Shown piece by piece: positions 38,033 through 51,402 of a stretch of 64,000 nt of DNA (its first letter is position 1; each line of letters starts with the position of its first letter). The notes beneath the pieces were generated by a model. That model was not told where the DNA came from. It was given only the letters and a program-made list of their open reading frames with translations, and did not search any database. A program made the translations under genes and the position numbers. This stretch comes from Camelus ferus (lineage: Eukaryota). The stretch is taken from the NCBI RefSeq assembly GCF_009834535.1, contig NC_045697.1, positions 18,726,001 through 18,790,000 on the forward strand, read 5' to 3'.

Positions 38033-39669
38033 ATTTCCCTTTATTGGGGAAAGGACATTAGAGGGACAGTTGGAAACATTTGAATAAAATCTGTAGATAA
38101 AGGTATATCAGTGATAATTACATTGTGATTGTATAAGAAAATATCTTTGTTTTTAGGAAATAAACACAAGTATTTTAGGTAAAAAGGCTTAATGTCTACA
38201 ATGTGCTCTTAAATGGTTTTAAATACATAAGATGCAAATATGGTAAAATGTTAACATTTGGAGAGTCTTGGAGAAATGGGGAGTAGGAATTTTTTGTACT
38301 ATTTCTGTAACTTCTGTATGTCTGAAATTACATAAAAATTTAAAAAAAATTTTAAGGCGTTTTGTAAATATTTCTGATCAAGTCGGCTAGGAAAATATAA
38401 CTTATCTCACAGATCCATGTAAATGTATTTTCAGTTACTTGTTTTTATATATCTTGAAGAAATTAAACTGGAATTGCTTAATTCACATGTATAGGCATTT
38501 TGAAATTTAAAATTTAATAGATAATTATTTTTATTTTGTTACCAACAGCAATAGGTTCAAGTGACTGCTAACAATAAAATATATTTTGATGAATAAATGA
38601 CTTTAATGGATACTTCTATAAAAATAGCAATCAATATGATGATAATAAATATCATACAAGGGAATTTTTTCCCCTTAAATATATACAATAATATAGTTAG
38701 GTCCCATCTACTTTATCATGATTTTCCATTTACCCTTCAAGCAGTTTTCCCTGTTTGGAAAATTTTAGTAGCTTTTAGGACTTCTGCTTCTGGCCAAGAT
38801 GGAGTAACAGGGACCGGAATTACTCTTCGGCCTGAAACAACTAAAAACCTGGAAAAAATATATGAAACAGCGGTTTTCAAGATATTGGACGACAGGCAAG
38901 AGAGGACAGTGATCCTTGAGAGACAGGAAACAAATGAGGTGAGCCTTGCAGTTGCCCCAGCTCAGTGCCTGGAGAAAGTTTCCAGGACAGGAGGTAGGGA
39001 GGGGGAATCCAGGTGGAGCCTAGTAAGCACCTTGTGTTGTGGAAATGCAGCTGGGAATGTAGGGCGGCTAAAGTGGCCAGCATTCTTAGGGCAGAGAACT
39101 GAAGAGGAAAGAGCTGTGCATAGTTTCAGAAATATGTAGAAGGTCCTCTCTAGTCTTGAGTTGAGTATTGATCAGCAGGTGATCAACCTTTGTGGGTAAC
39201 AACAAGTTCAAGAATCAGAGGAAAGAATTCCTTGAGCTTCCTCAATGCTATGAGTTATGCCTGTTCTTAGTAGCCAGAGTGGAAAAAGTCTCATAATTCA
39301 CATTAATTCACTAGAGTATTCAGAAGGGTTTTGTTTCAGTTATGGTGCAAAATTAAAACTAGACTAAATGCTCCTCTGGTTTCACCTAACAAAACTTAAA
39401 AGCAAAATTGAAAGGATCAAACTCTTCAAATAACTTAATTGTGTACCAAAACAAAGCTCAAGAATATTTAAAGAAATAGAAAAATAACTAACACTCAAAA
39501 AGATAGTAAAATCCATTGTCTTAACATCTGGTTAGAATACATCAGTCCTAAAAAGCAGGAAAATGCGATTCATAATGAGAAAAATCAGTCAATTAAAACC
39601 AACTGAGAAATGACACATGATAGAAGTAGACAAAGATGTTAAAACAGTTACATTTATTTGTCTTCTATA

Positions 39670-39885
39670 TGAGTGTGCAGACTTTTTCTTGAAGGGTAAG
39701 ATGGTAAATATTTTAGTTTTTGTGGCCCAAATAGCCTCTGTTGTAACTACCCAACTCTGTTGCAGCACAAAAGCAGCCATAGATAATGTGTAAACCAATG
39801 GAGATGTCTGTATATTGGAGAATAACTTTATTTCTAAAATAGTCAGTGGATCAGATTTGGTTTATAGACTTTAATTGCAGATCCT
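39670..39885. mobile_element. MER58A-like MITE nested in the L1
   Basis: atggtaaatattttagtttttgtggccca...caaaagcagccatagataatgtgtaaac. Confidence 0.75.
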
Positions 39886-42467
39886 CAAGCCAAAGGAAAG
39901 AGTGAACAAGTTAAATAGAGGACATGGAAGATTAAAAAGGGAAGAACCAAATCAAATTTCTAGAGAAGAAAACTATTTAAATGGAAAAAAGACACTTGAT
40001 GGTATTAATTACAGATATATGCTGTTAAAGAAGAGATTAATGAACTTGAAGACATAGCAATAGGAACTCCAAAATGAAGAAGATGTCTGGAAAAAGAGAT
40101 CATCATGAGGTGTGGATTACATTCAAATGGACTAATATACATGTAATTGGAGTCATTGAAGGGAAAGGTATGACTGAAAGAATATATGAAGATATAAATG
40201 GCTGAAAATTTTCTAAATTTGGTAGAAACTATAAAACCATGGTTCCAAGAAGCTCAATGAACTCTAAGTGTAAAAACTATTGTTGTTTTAAACCACATCA
40301 TCATCAAATTGCTTAAAGTCAATGATAAAGAGAAAATGTAAAAAGCAACAGAGGAAAGAGATATATACAAAGGAACAAAGACAAGGATGACAGACTTTTC
40401 ATCTGAAACCCTGCTGGGGAGAAGACAGTGGAATAAGAGCTTTAAAGTACTCAAGGGGAAAATATGACAAGTTAGAATTCTGTACCCAGCAAAGGCAAAA
40501 TAAAGACCTTTTTTAGGTATAAGAAACTGAAAAAGAATTATTCACAAACAAGTCTGAGCTACAAGAAATGTTAAAGAAATCCTTCAAGCAAAAGGATAAT
40601 CATAGCAAATAGAAATCTAATTCTGTACAGATTACTAGTATCAAGAATGAGAAAGGTGATGTCACTGCAGATTCTATAGATATTTAAAGGATAACAAGCA
40701 AATATTAGAAATAACTTTCTGCCAATAAACTCAACAACTTTTGAAGAAATGCACAAATTCCTCGAAACTGGCAAACCACCAAAGCTTACTCAAGAAGAAA
40801 GAGATAACCTGAATAGTCTTATATCCAAATAAATTGAACTTGTAATTGTAAACCTTCCTACATAGAAAACTTGAGGCTCAGATGATTTCATTGTTGAATT
40901 CTACCAGATATGTGAGAAATAAATTATGCCAGTTCTATAGATATCCTTCCAGAAAACTGGAGAGCAGAAATATTTCCTGGTTCATTTTGTTAGGACAGCA
41001 ATGCCCTGTTACTAGAACAAAGACATTAAAAGAAAATAAAACTGTAGACTGATATCCTTATGAGCACAGTTGTAAGAAGTCTTAATAGTTTTTCAAAATG
41101 AATCCAACAATATATTAAAGGGATAATAGAACATCATGACCAAATGAGCTTTATCTCAGAAATGGATGCCAGTGTGTCATTTTAATCTATTTATAGAACA
41201 AAAAAAGGAAAATAATATGGTCATCTCATTGCATTTAGAAAAAACTTTTGACATTCATTCTTGATTATAATTTTCATCAAACTAGGAATAGAAGGGAATT
41301 TCCTCATTCTGATAAAGGATACCTATGAACAAAATGTCACACCATACTAATTTTCCCTTAAGATCAGGAACAATGCAAGAGCGTCCACTCTTAACCACTT
41401 CCATTTAACGTACTTGAGGTTCTAATTAGTACAGTAAGGCCAGAAAAAGAAAGGAAAGGCAGCCAAACTGGAAAGAGGTAAATCATTCTTTATTTGTAGA
41501 TGTCATGATTTTCTGCACAGAAAATTCTATGGAATCTTTAAAAAAAAAAGTATTAAAACTAATAAATGAGTTTAGCAAGGTGGTAGGCTACATGACCAAT
41601 GTATAAAATATACAAAAATGAATTATTTTTTATACTTGTCATGAACAGTGGGAAATTGAAATTTTAAAAACTACCACTTATAGTAGCTTCAAAAAGTATG
41701 TAATTCTTAGGAAAAAATCTGATACAAGATGTGCAAAAACTATATACTAGAAAGTACAAAACACTGCTCAGAAGTCCTAAGTAAATGTTCTTTGGGCAGA
41801 AGACTCAATATTGTTAAGAGGTCAGTTCTTCCCAAATTTGTCTATGGATTCAATGTAATCCCAATCAAAATTTCAGTGGGCTTTTCTTGTAACAGTTGAC
41901 AAGCTGTTTCTAAAATTTATAATGGAAATGTAAATGACCTAGTATAGCCAGAACAACCTTGAAAAAGGACGGTAAGAACTTACTACCTGATTTCAAAACT
42001 CCTTAGATAGGTACATTAATCATGGATGGTACTGGCTTAAAGACAACCAAGTAGATCATTGTAACAGAATGGTGGTCAGAAGTTGTTCTTGAGAGAAGGT
42101 TTTCAATCGAGGTCAAAGGCAATAAAGTTAGATAAAGGATTTTTAACAAAGGATTCTGGAGTAATTGGATATCCATATGCTCGTACCACTTAAATAACAT
42201 AGTTATTTTGATAACTATGATTCATACCTAGAACCGTATGCAAAAATTAGATCAAAATAGACCTAAATGTAAAACTTAACTTCATCAAAATTAGAAACAA
42301 AGTGTTTATAACCAGATTATGGAAAGAACTCTCAAAAGTCAATAATAAGGAAATAACCCATTTTTAAATGGGAAAATGATTTGAACAGAGACTTCTCCAA
42401 ATAATATATACATAAGGTAAATGACCATTAGAGAAATGCAAATTAAGACTACAGTGAAATACCACTA

Positions 42468-42790
42468 CAGGCATACCTTGGAGATAATGTATGTTCAATT
42501 CCAGACTACTGTGAAAAAGTGAATATTGCAAATCAGGCAAGTTACACAAATTTTGTTGTTTGCCAGGGCATATAAAAGTTACATTTATACTATATTATAA
42601 TAGCATCGTGTCTAAGATGTTGTGGCCTTATGTCCAAAAGAAAAAACTTAAAAAATAATGCATTGGAAATATGGCGCCGATAGACTTGTTTGGTGCATAG
42701 TTGCCACAGACCTTCAATTTAAAAAAAAACAAACCCCACAGTATCTGTGAAGCGCAGTACAGTGCCACACAATAAAATGAGGTCTGCCTG
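42468..42790 (+). mobile_element. Tigger1 internal-deletion derivative nested in the L1
   Basis: TIRs caggcataccttgga ... aataaaatgaggtctgcctg, with TA at 42466-42467. Confidence 0.85.
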
Positions 42791-43354
42791 CCTACATATA
42801 CCTGTTAGGAATAACGAATACTGTCATACAGTGGTGGGCATGTAAGATAGTCCAACAACTTAGGAAAGTAACTTGGCACCTAAGAAGTTAAACGTTCCCC
42901 GACCATATGGCCTAGCCATTCCATTCTTACATATTTAGTTAAGAAAAAGGAAAATATGTGTTAATGCAAAGATTGAAAAGGAAGTGTTAGTCATAATAGC
43001 CACACAGCATAATCCAGAACAGGTAAATGGATCAACAAATTGTGTATTCACTACACTGAGTTTCTATTCAGCAGTGAAAAAGAATGAACTGTTGATACAT
43101 GCAACAATGTAGATGAATCTTAGGATAATTGTGTTCAATTTTCTAAAGAAGTCAAGAAAAAATACATACTATATGATTCCATTTATATAAAATAGAAAAT
43201 GCAAACTGATGTAACAAAGCAGATCTGTGGTTTCTTGGTGTTTGGTGGGGAGGCAGAAGGGAAACTTAGGAATGATGACTGTCTTTCTAGACTGTGGTGA
43301 TGGTGTATATAGATGCCCAAACTCACCAAACTGTATACTTGAAAATAAGTGCAG

Positions 43355-43592
43355 AAGATCCCACATATAAGTGATATCATATGCTATTTGTCTTTCTTTG
43401 TCTGACTTCACTCAATATGATGATCTCTAGGCCAATCCATGTTGCTGCAAATGGCATATTTCATTCTTTTTAATGGCTGAGTAGTATTCCATTGAGAAAG
43501 AGAGAGAGAGAGAGAGTGTGTGTGTGTGTGTGTGTGTGTACACCACAACTTCTTTATTCAGTCATCTGGCAGTGGTTGTTTGGGTTGCTTCC
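43355..43592 (-). mobile_element. Antisense L1 fragment containing a (GA)n(GT)n microsatellite
   Basis: gatcccacatataagtgatatcatatgctatttgtctttc...ggctgagtagtattccattg; microsatellite at about 43493-43539. Confidence 0.8.
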
Positions 43593-45811
43593 TACTTCAA
43601 TTTGAAAAATTAAAAGTACTAAAAGCACTATCTTGATCACCCCTCTCCCCCCAAATACCTGAAAAGAAATTAGTATATCTTCTAAAAGAGAATTTAGATA
43701 ACGTTCATTTCTGTTTAAACCTCTCAAAGAGGGCAGACTTACAGATTTTTATTCTTAATTATCAAAACTATTTACCTAAACAGTTTGGATAGAAAAGAAG
43801 ACTGGAATACAAAATCGATTCCCAGTTCTGTGATAAAGACCTAACCTTGATCCCAAAGTTAAAAATCAGAGTTTCCCCTTTTGATAGTATAGCAAATTTA
43901 GTTCCCATCTGGCTCTTTTTCACCATATTTTCCCATTTCTTCTTTAAAGAGTTTTCCCTGTTACAAAAACTTTAGTCTTAAATATCTTAAAAGGAATTTT
44001 ATATCCACTTTCATTGAGGTATATGAGGAGTGGGCAGTTTCATTCAGTTTCCCTTTTAAAAAAACAAACTTTTAAACCTACCTATCATATCCTAACTCCC
44101 ATCTTCCAAAATTATGCAATATTGAAAAGTGTGTTGTTATATAGGGGACAATATTTTAGGTAGTGTTCGAAAAGCACAGCATTTAAATTTTTGATTAAGA
44201 GTAGTTAACACTGTGTACTATTCAGCGTTTCGCCTTTTTTAAGTGTTACATTCTTTCAGAAATACAGATAGTAGGAGTTGGTAACTCTCAGGGGCATCCC
44301 ATCCTCTTGAAATAGTCCCCTTAATGTGGTACACAGGTGTAAATGACTTCACTGTGGATTAAAAACCAACACAGAATAACCAGATCTTATACTGAGGTAT
44401 AGAAACGACTGTTCTTTTATTGTGGAGACTTCTCATTTTATCATTTAGGGCCTGATGTCATCAGTGAAAACACTAGCTGTCAACGCAGTTAGGTGTCAAG
44501 TCTCCAGGCATGCTGGACAGATCACAGTGAGTGTGCTCATTCCTCATGTAAGAACAGGTCTGTGCTCTGAAGTTATGACTGCAGCAGGCCTGTACCACAT
44601 GCTTTAAAAAAAACCATAGATGTTATTCAGCATAACACACCATTGTACTAAGTGACTTGGTCCTGTTGTCAATAGCCAAAAAGTTAGAACTTGAATCTTG
44701 GAGACCCTTGCGTTGTAAGCAACCTTCAAAGGCTTGAGTATTAACTTTCTTCCCCTCTAACACTCCAGACTGATACCTACTAACTCATGCTTTTGCTTGA
44801 ATTTATTTAGTACTGGGACTTCATTCACAGGGTTCATTTCTTTAAGGATTGCTGGAACAATTTTATGTTGTTTTCTCTGCTCAGAAAACCTTTTCTCCAT
44901 CACTCGGTCTAACACGTTTTGAAGCCCCATCCCCTGTCAGTCTCACTGCCACACCTCTCTTTTATCATTGTACCTGTACATGCCTCCGTTACTGCCCTGT
45001 TCAGACTGTGGAAAAACTCAGTTTCTGAAGCTGTTTCTTGGCTTGCTTTGCAGATTGCCCCAAAGTAAGTAATAACCTCCTAAGGTAATAGTTAAGAAAT
45101 AACCATAACCTCTTGTTGTCCACCTCAGCATGGGTTTTATTTATTTTGTAAATATTTCTGTATTTCCTGTATTGCTTTGGAGATTCCATTGTCTTTGAGT
45201 AAGATCCTTTTTTTTTTAAATTTTATTTTGAATCTCTTCTTTCCTATTCGTAGCATGCAGTTTTGAGAAGTGTTTTCTCTGCTTGGGGGAAAAACAAATC
45301 TTGGTCTAGTTTAACAGTTGGGAATACTGTATACAGATACTCTCTCTTCAAGGTTTAAGACTGAGTAGTCCTGCAGTTGGTTTCACTTTATTTGAGCTGG
45401 TTCTCTAAAACTTTGAAGGGAACATCTTAATTGCCAATCATAACTATTGTGGAAGTTACCTTGAGAAATGTTGTCTGAGATAATAAAGAAGACTTAACTG
45501 CCGGAATCTGACAGAATGAGAGCAGCTCCATGAGTTTGGCGTTTATGTGGGGGGACGGGCGGTGGTGGTGGTGGTCGCATGTAAGTCTGGAATGCCTTTT
45601 GGCAGCATTCTGAAGAAGTGAGAAGAGTCCGGCTGAGCCTCCTGAACTCTCAGCTGTCTCCAAGTCCAATTTTGATGAAGAGTTTAAAAAAAAAATCACA
45701 AAACTTTATTAAATATCAGCCATGTGATGTACTTAATTGAATAAACAATTTTAGAATGTCTTTTATTTTGCAGCTTTTCTTTTAAAATCGTTTCAGTTTT
45801 TATTGCTTATG

Positions 45812-45980
45812 GAGGGATCAGCAAATGTTTCTATAAAAAGAGCCAAGTAGTACATATTTTAGGCTTTGAGATCCAGATGCTGTCTCTGTTGCAACCCTTT
45901 AAAAATGTAAAAGGCATTCTTAGCTTCTAAAAAGTACAGAAACAGGCTGCCGGCTTGCTTGTGACCTGTGGCCTATAGTA
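45812..45980. mobile_element. MER58-like MITE
   Basis: agggatcagcaaatgtttctataaaaagagcca...tattttaggctttg...aaaatgtaaaaggcattcttagct. Confidence 0.65.
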
Positions 45981-46962
45981 CTGTTTCTCAAAGCATACTC
46001 TGCAGCTCTCTGAAATGTTTGCAGGTGGGGTGCGTGTGTGCAGTTACTTTGGAAACACTTGATACAACAAAATAGGTTCCTTTACTAGAAGACAGTTCGT
46101 GTTGGAACCTTTATTATCTGGGTTTGACAAGTGACAAAAATCCAACTTGAGAAGTACAGGGACTAATGCTGTTGGTAAGGATGGCTGGGTTTCCCATCTT
46201 TGTGGACCATTTCTCTCCTTGAGTACTTGGGGCTCGCTATGTTTAGCTGCCAGCTCAAATGCCTCCCCCCAAGCCCCCAACACACACAAACATGCACACG
46301 CACACGCACACACACTCACACACCTACTTCTGGTTTAAACCACTTGTTCACCGTTGGCACAATCACGGTGGTGTATGTAAGTGTGGTAAGAAAGTTAGAG
46401 GATCTATTTTCAGAAGAATGGGGGTTAACATCAAAAGAACATTCTTTTTGTGAATTTTGTTTGCAGTATTAAAAATTTTGAAATTTATCAAAGAAAACAC
46501 AGCCAAAAATTTGACCAAGAGGATGATAGTTTAAACATGTCAAACTAGGATGACAATTGCCATGATTTCATGTTAGTAAAAACATTGACAAAATTAAAAT
46601 TTCCACTTTGTAAACATTAAAGTTTTCATGTTTTAAGTAAGGAAACTTTCAGAAATAGTTGCTCCATTGTGTTCTTCAGATAATTTTTAATTGACTCATT
46701 CAGAATGAATATTTTATAAGGAATAATAATAAAGAATACACTTCAAAACCTGTTAGGAACTGTTTTAACAAATTATGAATTTTAGCTTTGTCAGTACTGG
46801 TTTTTAACAATGGAGGTATACAAAGTAGTAATTCTACTGGTGAGATTCTCATAGCACCTACGTTATGTTTTCCAGTGGTAAAATCTCCCTCATTCTTTCC
46901 TTAAAAGACATTGTGTGATTTTCTTATCTTATTGTTGGAATATGTTTGGTTTTCTTTGATCC

Positions 46963-47172
46963 ATTGGTTTTCAACCCAAGTACCTCCCCTCACCCCCCGA
47001 CATTTGGCAGTATCTGGAGACGTTTTTGGCTGTCACAACTCCAAAGGTGCTATTGGCTTCTAATGGGTAGAAGTTAGAGATGTTGACAGACACCCTGCAG
47101 TGCACAGGACAGCCCCTCACAACGAAGAATTGTTCTGCCCAGTACGTCCACAGTGCCGAAACGGAAACCGTA
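46963..47172. mobile_element. MER20 hAT-Charlie MITE
   Basis: gacatttggcagtatctggagacgtttttggctgtcacaact...cagtgcacaggacagcccctcacaacgaagaatt. Confidence 0.85.
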
Positions 47173-50100
47173 CTTTGAATGAAAAGCACACGGGCTGTCA
47201 GTCCATAGGCTTTACTACTTGTGTTTCTTTTGAGTATATTGCCTTTAAAAAATTTAAAAAAAAAAAAGCTCCTTAAGATGCAGAATGAAGCTATCAGCCT
47301 TTAATTGCCAGAGAACATAATTTTAATGTTTCATGTTCTACTAACAGTTTTTTTTCTTGTTGAAAGAAGCTATTTGGCAAATTACTATTACAGGACAACT
47401 GTTATTAATGATTACTTAAAGTTCAAGTTGCTTTTTCAAGAACTTGTATTATAAATATAAAGGGAAAGGACAAGGAAAACTTGAGCTGTCATCTTGTATT
47501 CATCGTAAACACCTTGGGACCTGAACTCTTTTGTCATGTACGTTACTGTGAAGTTACTTCCAATACAAGCGACTAGCACAGTAATTAGTGCCTGGGGTGT
47601 AATAGGCTCTCAGTAAATCTTTAATGGGAAAATGGGTAAAAGTGCAGCATACCTATTATGTCTGCAGAATGTGTGCCTTGCAAGTCAGGTAAGATGCCTG
47701 ATCACTTGCCTCCAGGTCTTTTTCAAGTTTGCTCTCAAACTTCAGTGGAATTCCTCTGGCCCCTTCTTCCCTCTCCCTCCTGCAGCCGTTCTAAGAAAAT
47801 AATAATAGAGTTTACTGACACTCAGTAGTAGGGTTACTTAGAGTTACTTAATTTAAAGTATTTTTCACACTATGAACTATTACTGTCTTCGTTTTTTAAC
47901 AGATGAGAAGACTCAGGCTTAGTGACAGGAGTTAAAATTCAGACCCCTGTCTGTTTTGTACCAAAGCTGTGCTCGTAGCCAGTGCAAAATATATGATGGT
48001 GTAATTTTGTCCACAAGAGCTAGACTAATTCTGAGTCCTGGAACTTCAGTATCATTTTGGGAAAGTTATTTAACCCCTCCTTCCTTTCTAAAATACACCT
48101 AATAGTATGTCTTAAAGCTTTTCCATACTGTTTGGGAAGACAATGTAAAAAGATGTGAAACGTATCAAGTAATTGCTAAATGACGTAAGAGAGACTATAA
48201 ATGCAAATAGAATTTAGTGTGGGGAAGTAGATTTGAAATTACTTCTTTAAAAAATTTTTTTCAAGTATATAGCCACTTTTCACCTTTTATGCCAGCAACT
48301 GGACTTCTGTGCTAGTTCTGTCAAAATACTGGCTTTCTCCTAGCTTTGCTTTTGTTTTCTCACCCACCCTGAACTCTCTGGTTGTTCACCTGACCTAGCA
48401 ACCCCTCAAATCCCTTACCATTATCCTCTCCAGGCTACGCGTCTTGTCCAGTGCCCAGCAGATTTGAGAGTATGCTATTTCCAGTCCCACTCTAGGAATG
48501 GTAGTGGGAATCTGCACTATTATTTATGGATTCCAGCAGTAGCTAGTCCTTCAGTACTGATTTTTAGTCATTTTATTTGTTCGCAGTCAGTTTCTTTCTC
48601 CACTCCCTAGAGGGTGTCTCCAAATTGTACTTACAGCTTTTTTTTTTCTTAAACCCGTTAAACATCAAATGGCCTCCCATTTCAAATAGTTTGTAAGGCT
48701 TTCTATTAGCTAGTATCTGTTAGACTTGCTCTAAAGTGACCTTCACCTCTGCAGCATCTCACCTTTTGATGGTTCCCCTCTTTTGAGGTTGCCTCTTCCA
48801 TAGCATCTAATACGCGGTCTCAGTTCTGCCCCTACTGGTTCTTCTTCATTTCCTTTTATGCATTTTCTTAACTCTCCTGTCACTGTGTTTTCTTTCTGGG
48901 AGATTTCATTCACTTCCGTGGCTTCGTTTGTGAACTATATACCAGTGAACCCCACTTTTCCAGTCCAGATCCCTCTCTGGAACTACAGGTGGTTATTTTC
49001 AACGACCTATTGAACACTTCCAGTGTGGAGTTCAGGGCCCTTCAGGGTTGACATTTGTCAAACAGAACCTATCAGTGTACCCTTCTCCCATAAGAAAAGA
49101 CTTGCAGACTCTTCTTTTGTATTGTCTTCCATTACCTCTTTCTTAGTGTCAGTCTTTTTTCAAGTTTGTCTTTTCTCTATGCTTTCTAAAACCCTTTCTC
49201 TGTTCCACTACTAGAATTAACTAAAAAGGAAAATTAACTGTATGTTAAAAAAAAAAATCTCTGCTTGCCATTTGTGTAGATTGAAAATCCACGTTCCACG
49301 GCATGGTGTTTTTCTATAATGGAGTTGAGATCAAATTAAATGATGATCTTTAACCAATTCTCAAAGAGATGGATTTTTTTTTATTTTAACATTTTAAGTT
49401 TTTTCTAGGTCCCTTAAAAATTTTTATTACCTGCTAACCACTTTTATCATCATCTGTCATAGGGTGGTATTTGAATTGGCTTAAACTTTTATACATACTA
49501 TGTAAGTTTACAAATGTCAGATTTTTGAGGCGTTTGACAGGCCTTTCACAATGTGACTACCCAGCTGGTCAGTTTTATTCGTTGCCGTGGCTTACTTTCC
49601 AGTCTTAGAGAATTTGTTTCAACTTCCTGACTAGCATTTATTTATTAATTGCAAGACATTCAGCATGGTGTTAACAATACTTATCTTTTTGGATTATGGG
49701 GATTAAATGAAATAATGCATGTGAAGGGCTTAGTTCAGGGACTGGCATGTAGTAAACACTCAAGAAACCTCAGCTGCTGTTGTGTTGTTGGGCTGCCTTG
49801 TACTCAGCCTGAGTCTCTCCCTGTACCCAGATGTGCAGGGTCATTCTTGCCTCTTCATGCTACTCCCAGGCCCTGGAATGCCATGCTCTTCCCTCCCACT
49901 CCCTGTGTCTAGTCCTCTTTCTTCTAGTAGTCGGCTCTTCTAAGAAAATTTTCCTGGGAAGTGGTCCTTTATCACCCCTCTCTTCCTTTACATAAGCATC
50001 CCCTGTTGGAGCTTTTTGTCATACTTTTGTTTGGCTCATGTATTTCATTTCAGTTTGTTTTCCAAACATTTTTTATTGTCTTTACTGGACTTTGAGCTCT

Positions 50101-51174
50101 TTCTCAGTGGTAGGGATTATTCTCAAATCTGTTGGAACCCAGTGCTACCTGTCCTGCCTTAAGCCAGCAGGTTTTCAGTCAGTAAACATAAGCGCTGTCA
50201 TCCAGGTTATCTCACTTAATCCCCACTCACAACCGCTCTGTATATGTCAGCATCACTGTTATTATCAGATACTGAAACTGAAGCTGGATGAGGTTGAGCG
50301 ATTTGCCCCAGGCCACTTAGTTTCTAGCTGCTACAAAGCTAGAATTCGCCACATTTAATAACTCCTGTTGTACAGCCATCCCCTTACACATTTGTCTTTT
50401 ATTTATACTATAAATAAAATAGCATTCAATTTATTAAAAGAGGTTTCTTGATGATTGTCTTTGAAGCACTTTGTCTTTGATTTTGTAATGTATAAAATAT
50501 CTCAAGAATTGGAATGCAGTTAATTCAGAAATGTGAAAGTTTAATCTATGTAGACCTTGTGTTCTTTATACTCTTGTATTACTTAGCAAAATAATTGGGT
50601 GAATAAATATATTTAGGACACTGAACTTCTTATACAGTATTTGCATAATAAATAGGTAGTTGGAGTATTTTGTATTTAAAGTAATGTATTTTTTTTCCAA
50701 AATTTAATTCAATTTTTCACTAATTTGTATTAGCTTTTATTAAATTTTATATGTTTAACAATATCTTTGAGGGTAATTATGTGTTTATATATAAATGATA
50801 GCCCTTAGTCCTTATGGAAGGTTGTTTTAAGAACATATAATAATAAATTTGGATGACATAATGATTTCTTTTGGCTTTGTATTCAGTGAAAAACACTCAT
50901 TCTAATAGCTGAGAGGGGCAGGGAAGAGGTGGTGGTATTAAATTAGATTATTAAATACAAAAATATTGTATGTTATTAATTTTATAAACAGTTTAAAGCC
51001 AAAGTAACAATGTACACAGTGATTCTAGTTATTCTGTAAGTTGTAACTGTGGTTTAATTGAGTTACATCATAAATTCCAAGAGTGAGGGACAGTTCTTTT
51101 AAAGAACAAAGTATAGAGTTGAAGATGAGCAGTATTTATTTCCCCATTGTATCATCTTTAAATTTAGTTTATGA

Positions 51175-51402
<228 letters not shown>

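Larger units (their letters stand above)
36795..38350 (+). mobile_element. L1MC-like 3' UTR with nested insertions
   Basis: Motifs such as acagtgaagaaacctggcagataccatct and gcaaatatggtaaaatgttaacatttgg. Boundaries approximate. Confidence 0.65.
38778..43352 (+). mobile_element. Ancient, internally deleted L1 (L1MC/MD-type): 5' UTR, ORF1/ORF2 relics, 3' UTR
   Basis: 5' end ggacttctgcttctggccaagatggagtaacagggac. ORF1 remnants at about 39900-40600. ORF2 remnants such as aaactaggaatagaagggaatttcctca and gaagactcaatattgttaaga. Many stops. Confidence 0.85.

Noticed and set aside
38597..39139. Longest ORF in the window (180 aa)
   Set aside because: It runs from AT-rich flank into the 5' UTR of an ancient L1. 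It has no recognisable domain and no splice support.
474..48511. Autoregulatory cluster of RBPJ sites (GTGGGAA/TTCCCAC, e.g. 474, 1558, 2904, 10171, 13752, 33641)
   Set aside because: The sites are scattered at about the frequency expected for a 7-mer over both strands of 64 kb. I saw no cluster or paired head-to-head (SPS) arrangement.
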